Origin: Wolbachia endosymbiont of Cimex lectularius
GTDB lineage: Bacteria > Pseudomonadota > Alphaproteobacteria > Rickettsiales > Anaplasmataceae
Assembly (NCBI RefSeq): GCF_000829315.1
Contig: NZ_AP013028.1
Location: 480,001-512,000, forward strand
Direction of reading: 5' to 3'
Length of the DNA: 32,000 bases
Shown: in pieces, positions 28,970-32,000 of the stretch
Layout of the letters: the number at the start of each line of letters is the position of its first letter
Position numbering within the stretch: the stretch's first letter is position 1
Made by a program: the position numbers and the translations under genes
The notes under the pieces: model-generated
Databases searched by the model: none
What the model was told of the DNA's origin: nothing
The model's input: only the letters and a program-made list of their open reading frames with translations

Positions 28970-29286
28970 TGAAGATATTGAGGTGAAAGAAGTCCACTTT
29001 TGGGAAAATGCCTGTGCTGCGCAGGAAAAAACAATTCATTTTCTTCTCCAGTAATACGTGGAGGAGCTTCTCCAATATCTGGAATTTCATCACGAAGGTT
29101 TTCAAGATCTTCTTGCAACTGCTTGAGATCCTTCACTAATCCTTCGTAATTTTCATCAACCTTCACAATCAGCTCATCAAGCCTACTTTTCTCCTCTGCT
29201 AGAGCATTACTTATACCAATTCCCACTACACAAGGAACAAGCAGACAACAGTGGAAAAAAGCTATAATGTCATCCAACAGAAACAA
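28966..29286 (-). CDS. Hypothetical small protein with N-terminal hydrophobic segment and coiled coil
   Basis: 106-aa ORF; HCCLLVPCVVGIGISNALA followed by DELIVKVDENYEGLVKDLKQLQEDLENLRDEI. Confidence 0.5.
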   Translation of the reverse strand: MFLLDDIIAFFHCCLLVPCVVGIGISNALAEEKSRLDELIVKVDENYEGLVKDLKQLQEDLENLRDEIPDIGEAPPRITGEENELFFPAQHRHFPKSGLLSPQYLH

Positions 29287-29296
29287 AAAAACTACT

Positions 29297-29325
29297 TGAC
29301 AAGTTCCTTCAACCTCCTTATAATG
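29297..29325 (+). promoter_or_regulatory. Perfect consensus sigma70 promoter inside a dispersed repeat (copy 3)
   Basis: TTGACA (29297-29302), 17 bp, TATAAT (29320-29325). Flanking sequence is shared with 12.06-12.20 kb. Confidence 0.65.
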
Positions 29326-29600
29326 ATATTGAAGCTATTTGTTTATCTTCGCAATCTGTGCACCTCACGTCTTTTTAAAACTTCTGGTTTTTACCTATAC
29401 AAGCTCAAACGCGCTTATAAGTCATTTAAGACAGTATAGAACGTCAAATAGACAAGGGAGAATTTGAATATTAGCTGCTCTAGGTTTCTTTTGCCTTTTC
29501 TCCTGCTGAGTAAATTTCTAAATATTTATGACTAAAGTAGCATCCTGGATTCCAGTGTCCGCTACTTGGATGACAGGAGGGGGCGTCATTTCAGCTAGCA

Positions 29601-31336
29601 TCAGTTCCCTGGCGCCCTTGTCCTCATTGGTTGCTTCTTTACTGTTACACCACTTAAATAAAGTTCTGGGTTATCACTAGTAGTCTCTCGACTTTTCTTT
29701 TTTGTACCACCTAATATGTCAACAACTCTCATGTACCCTCGTCCTCTAGCAAGATCTGAAGGTATCAGACCACTATTATCTTTAGCGTAAATATTAGCTC
29801 CTTTATCAGTTAGAAGTCTAACAATTTCTAATTGACCACAATCAGCAGCGTAGTGTAGCAGTGTCCAACCATCTCTGTCAGCATCGTTAACGTCTATTCC
29901 TATATCTATAAAAAATTCTACAATGTTTTCATATCCATTTGTAATAGCATGATGTATAGGCTTATAATTGAAATTACTTTTAGCATATATATTAGCCCCT
30001 TTGCCAACCAGAAACTTTATAGTCTCTAGGTGATCATACATGGCAGCAAGATGTAGCAGTGTCCGACCACCATTATCGGCATCGTTAATGCTTATACCCT
30101 CCTTATTAAGGAAAAACCCTACAATATTTTTATGTCCACCTACAGTAGCACTTTGTATAGGCTTGTCACCAGAAATAGCATTTCTAACATGCACGTTAGC
30201 CCCTTTGCCAATCAGCGACCTTAGAACCTGTTTAAAATCTTGGAAATGTGAGGTAAAGTAAGCATAGATTAATAATGAGGTGTCTATGCAGAAAAGTTAT
30301 CCAAGTAATATAAGTCAAGAGCAGTTTGAAAAAATCAGGCCAATTTTGGAGAGTAGCAAGCAGAAAACAAAACCAAGAAAACTTGATTTGTATGACGTAT
30401 TTTGTGGGGTGTTGTACGTCTTAAAAAGTGGTTGTCAGTGGAGGATGTTACCAAAGGGTTTTCCAAGATGGGAAAGCGTATATTACTATTTTCGAGTGTG
30501 GAGTAAAAAGAATGGAGAAGAGCCAAGCTTGTTGGAATTAGTCTTAAAAAAAATTAGTTGGAGAGGTCCGTATCAGCAATGGTCGGAAAGAGAAAACTAG
30601 CTTTTGTATAATTGATTCTCAAAGCGTTAAAAACGCAGATACTGCTGAAAAAAAAGGCTATGATGCAGGTAAAAAGATTTCAGGGATAAAGCGCCATATT
30701 GCAGTTGATACACAAGGTTTGCCACATGCAATTTATGTAACAACGGCAGAAGCAACTGACCGTAGCAGTGCTGTGAAAATGGTCGAAAATGCTAAAGCAA
30801 ACCTCTCTGAAGTTAAAAACATACTGGTTGATGCTGGCTACACAGGAGAAAATTTTGCAACACAAATAAAAGCTATCATTGGTGCGACTGTTGAAGTAAT
30901 AAAGCGAAGTGAGTTACACACTTTCGTCGTATTGCCAAAAAGATGGGTTGTTGAACGCTCTTTTGCCTGGTTAGAAAAGTGCAGGCGATTGTGGAAAAAT
31001 TGCGAGCGGAAGCTCAACACTAGCTTACAGATGATAGTCCTCTCCTTCATTTCTCTCCTGTTACGAAGATTTTAAACAGGTTCTTACAGCCTCTAAGTGA
31101 CCATACATAGCAGCAACGTGTAAAGGTGTATAACCACAGCTATAACCGTTAATGTCATCGCCTTTATTTACAGAATATTTTATTGCTTCTAAATCGCCAT
31201 CTCTAGCAGCATTATGCAAAGGAGTATAAAACTCCTTATTATCCTTGGCATTGATGTTATCTTCATGAGACTTACGAACCCCACGAAACTTGTCCTGCTC
31301 TACAGTATTAGATAACTTACGATCAATTTTTCTCAT
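29601..31336 (-). pseudogene. Ankyrin-repeat protein interrupted by IS copy E
   Basis: N-terminal part 31084-31336 (MRKIDRKLSNTVEQDKF...YTPLHVAAMYGHLEAV) and C-terminal part 29601-30223 (RSLIGKGANVHVRNAISGDKPIQSATVGGHKNIVGFFL...PMRTRAPGN). Removing the IS plus one TSD copy joins them in frame. Confidence 0.9.
30224..31083 (+). mobile_element. IS5-family insertion sequence, copy E (860 bp), inserted in the ankyrin gene
   Basis: Terminal repeats; target duplication TTA (30221-30223 / 31084-31086); ORFA 30280-30600, ORFB frame to 31075. Confidence 0.96.
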
Positions 31337-31493
31337 AAACTCTTTAATGATATTAATCTTTCTTCAAACTATACGTTGTTACTGAATTATGCAAATTCTA
31401 GTGCCTACAATATAGATATTTCCTGTATACAACAACTTTTTTTGAAATTGTGAGTTTGAATTGATGGTAATTTTTATGCCGTCACACTCTGAG

Positions 31494-32000
31494 TTAGCCA
31501 GTGACTACTCTATTTCTGCCACTGTTTTTTGCTTTATATAGGTATCTGTCAGCGCGTACTATAAATTTTTTAATGTTATCAAGATCAGATTTTTGCATTT
31601 CTGCAATTCCAATGCTCACAGTCACACTATGAGTTGTGTTCTCGCCTGAGAGCACAAAAGGTTCTGTGGCAATAATTTCACGTATTCTCTCTGCAACAGT
31701 GTATGCATCTGATATATTGGTATCTGGCATTACTATAACAAATTCCTCACCACCAAACCTAGCTAGCAAATCCGTCACTCTGATATTCTCAGAAATTCTC
31801 TTCTGCATTTGCTTTAAAAACTCATCCCCAGCACTATGCCCAAAATCGTCATTTACTACCTTAAAATAGTCTATATCAAGTATCATAAGAGATAATCTTC
31901 TGTCCTTCTCTACAGAATCCTTAACAATGTTTTTCAAGTGCGCATCAAAATATCTTCTGTTATAACAGTTAGTTAGCGAATCCTTTATAGACATTTCTGC
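31494..32000 (-). CDS. pleD: GGDEF-domain diguanylate cyclase (PleD-like), partial, continues beyond window
   Basis: DSLTNCYNRRYFD...LSLMILDIDYFKVVNDDFGHSAGDEFLK...DLLARFGGEEFVIVMP...SVTVSIGIAE. Frame remains open to the window edge. Confidence 0.85.
   Translation of the reverse strand, partial: AEMSIKDSLTNCYNRRYFDAHLKNIVKDSVEKDRRLSLMILDIDYFKVVNDDFGHSAGDEFLKQMQKRISENIRVTDLLARFGGEEFVIVMPDTNISDAYTVAERIREIIATEPFVLSGENTTHSVTVSIGIAEMQKSDLDNIKKFIVRADRYLYKAKNSGRNRVVTG

Noticed and set aside
1-32000. CRISPR array
   Set aside because: No regularly spaced short direct repeats with unique spacers; repeats seen are IS copies, Rpn paralogs and irregular dispersed elements.
1-32000. WO prophage module or cif-type cytoplasmic incompatibility genes
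   Set aside because: No WO-type baseplate, lambda-like head, integrase or cifA/cifB-like sequence recognised; the phage-type genes fit GTA-like families better.

Overview
This 32 kb window looks like chromosomal DNA from Wolbachia or a close Rickettsiales relative (assigned from gene content and protein style; no database search was run). It has two parts. Positions ~1-19.6 kb and ~29.2-31.4 kb are repeat-rich and decaying. They hold ankyrin-repeat genes, five copies of one ~860-bp IS5-family element (one nested inside another), and four copies of an Rpn/PD-(D/E)XK 'transposase' family. They also hold a broken clpA-like gene and two clusters of phage-type structural genes: an HK97-type major capsid gene on one side, and head-tail adaptor, DUF3168-like and TP901-1-like major tail genes on the other. 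By domain content and order these resemble gene transfer agent (GTA) genes g5, g6, g8 and g9 more than a lambda-like WO prophage. Positions ~19.7-29 kb are mostly intact housekeeping genes: mraY, rnhB, SCO1/SenC, dnaQ, Tim44-like, secB, rpsU, sucC, sucD, dapF, a nitroreductase with an in-frame amber codon, bioY and a DUF1284-like gene. A pleD-like GGDEF gene runs off the right edge. I found no convincing new defence or toxin system. The most interesting signals are: (1) decaying GTA-like genes, including a capsid gene whose frame is restored exactly if the IS is removed; (2) a mosaic Rpn-family paralog set in which the copies share a near-consensus promoter, most share a terminator-like 3' module, and C-terminal tails appear to be exchanged; (3) a dispersed repeat carrying a perfect TTGACA-N17-TATAAT promoter that may drive small RNAs; (4) A8/A9 length alleles in the IS transposase. 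Several pseudogene calls depend on single bases and would need read-level confirmation.
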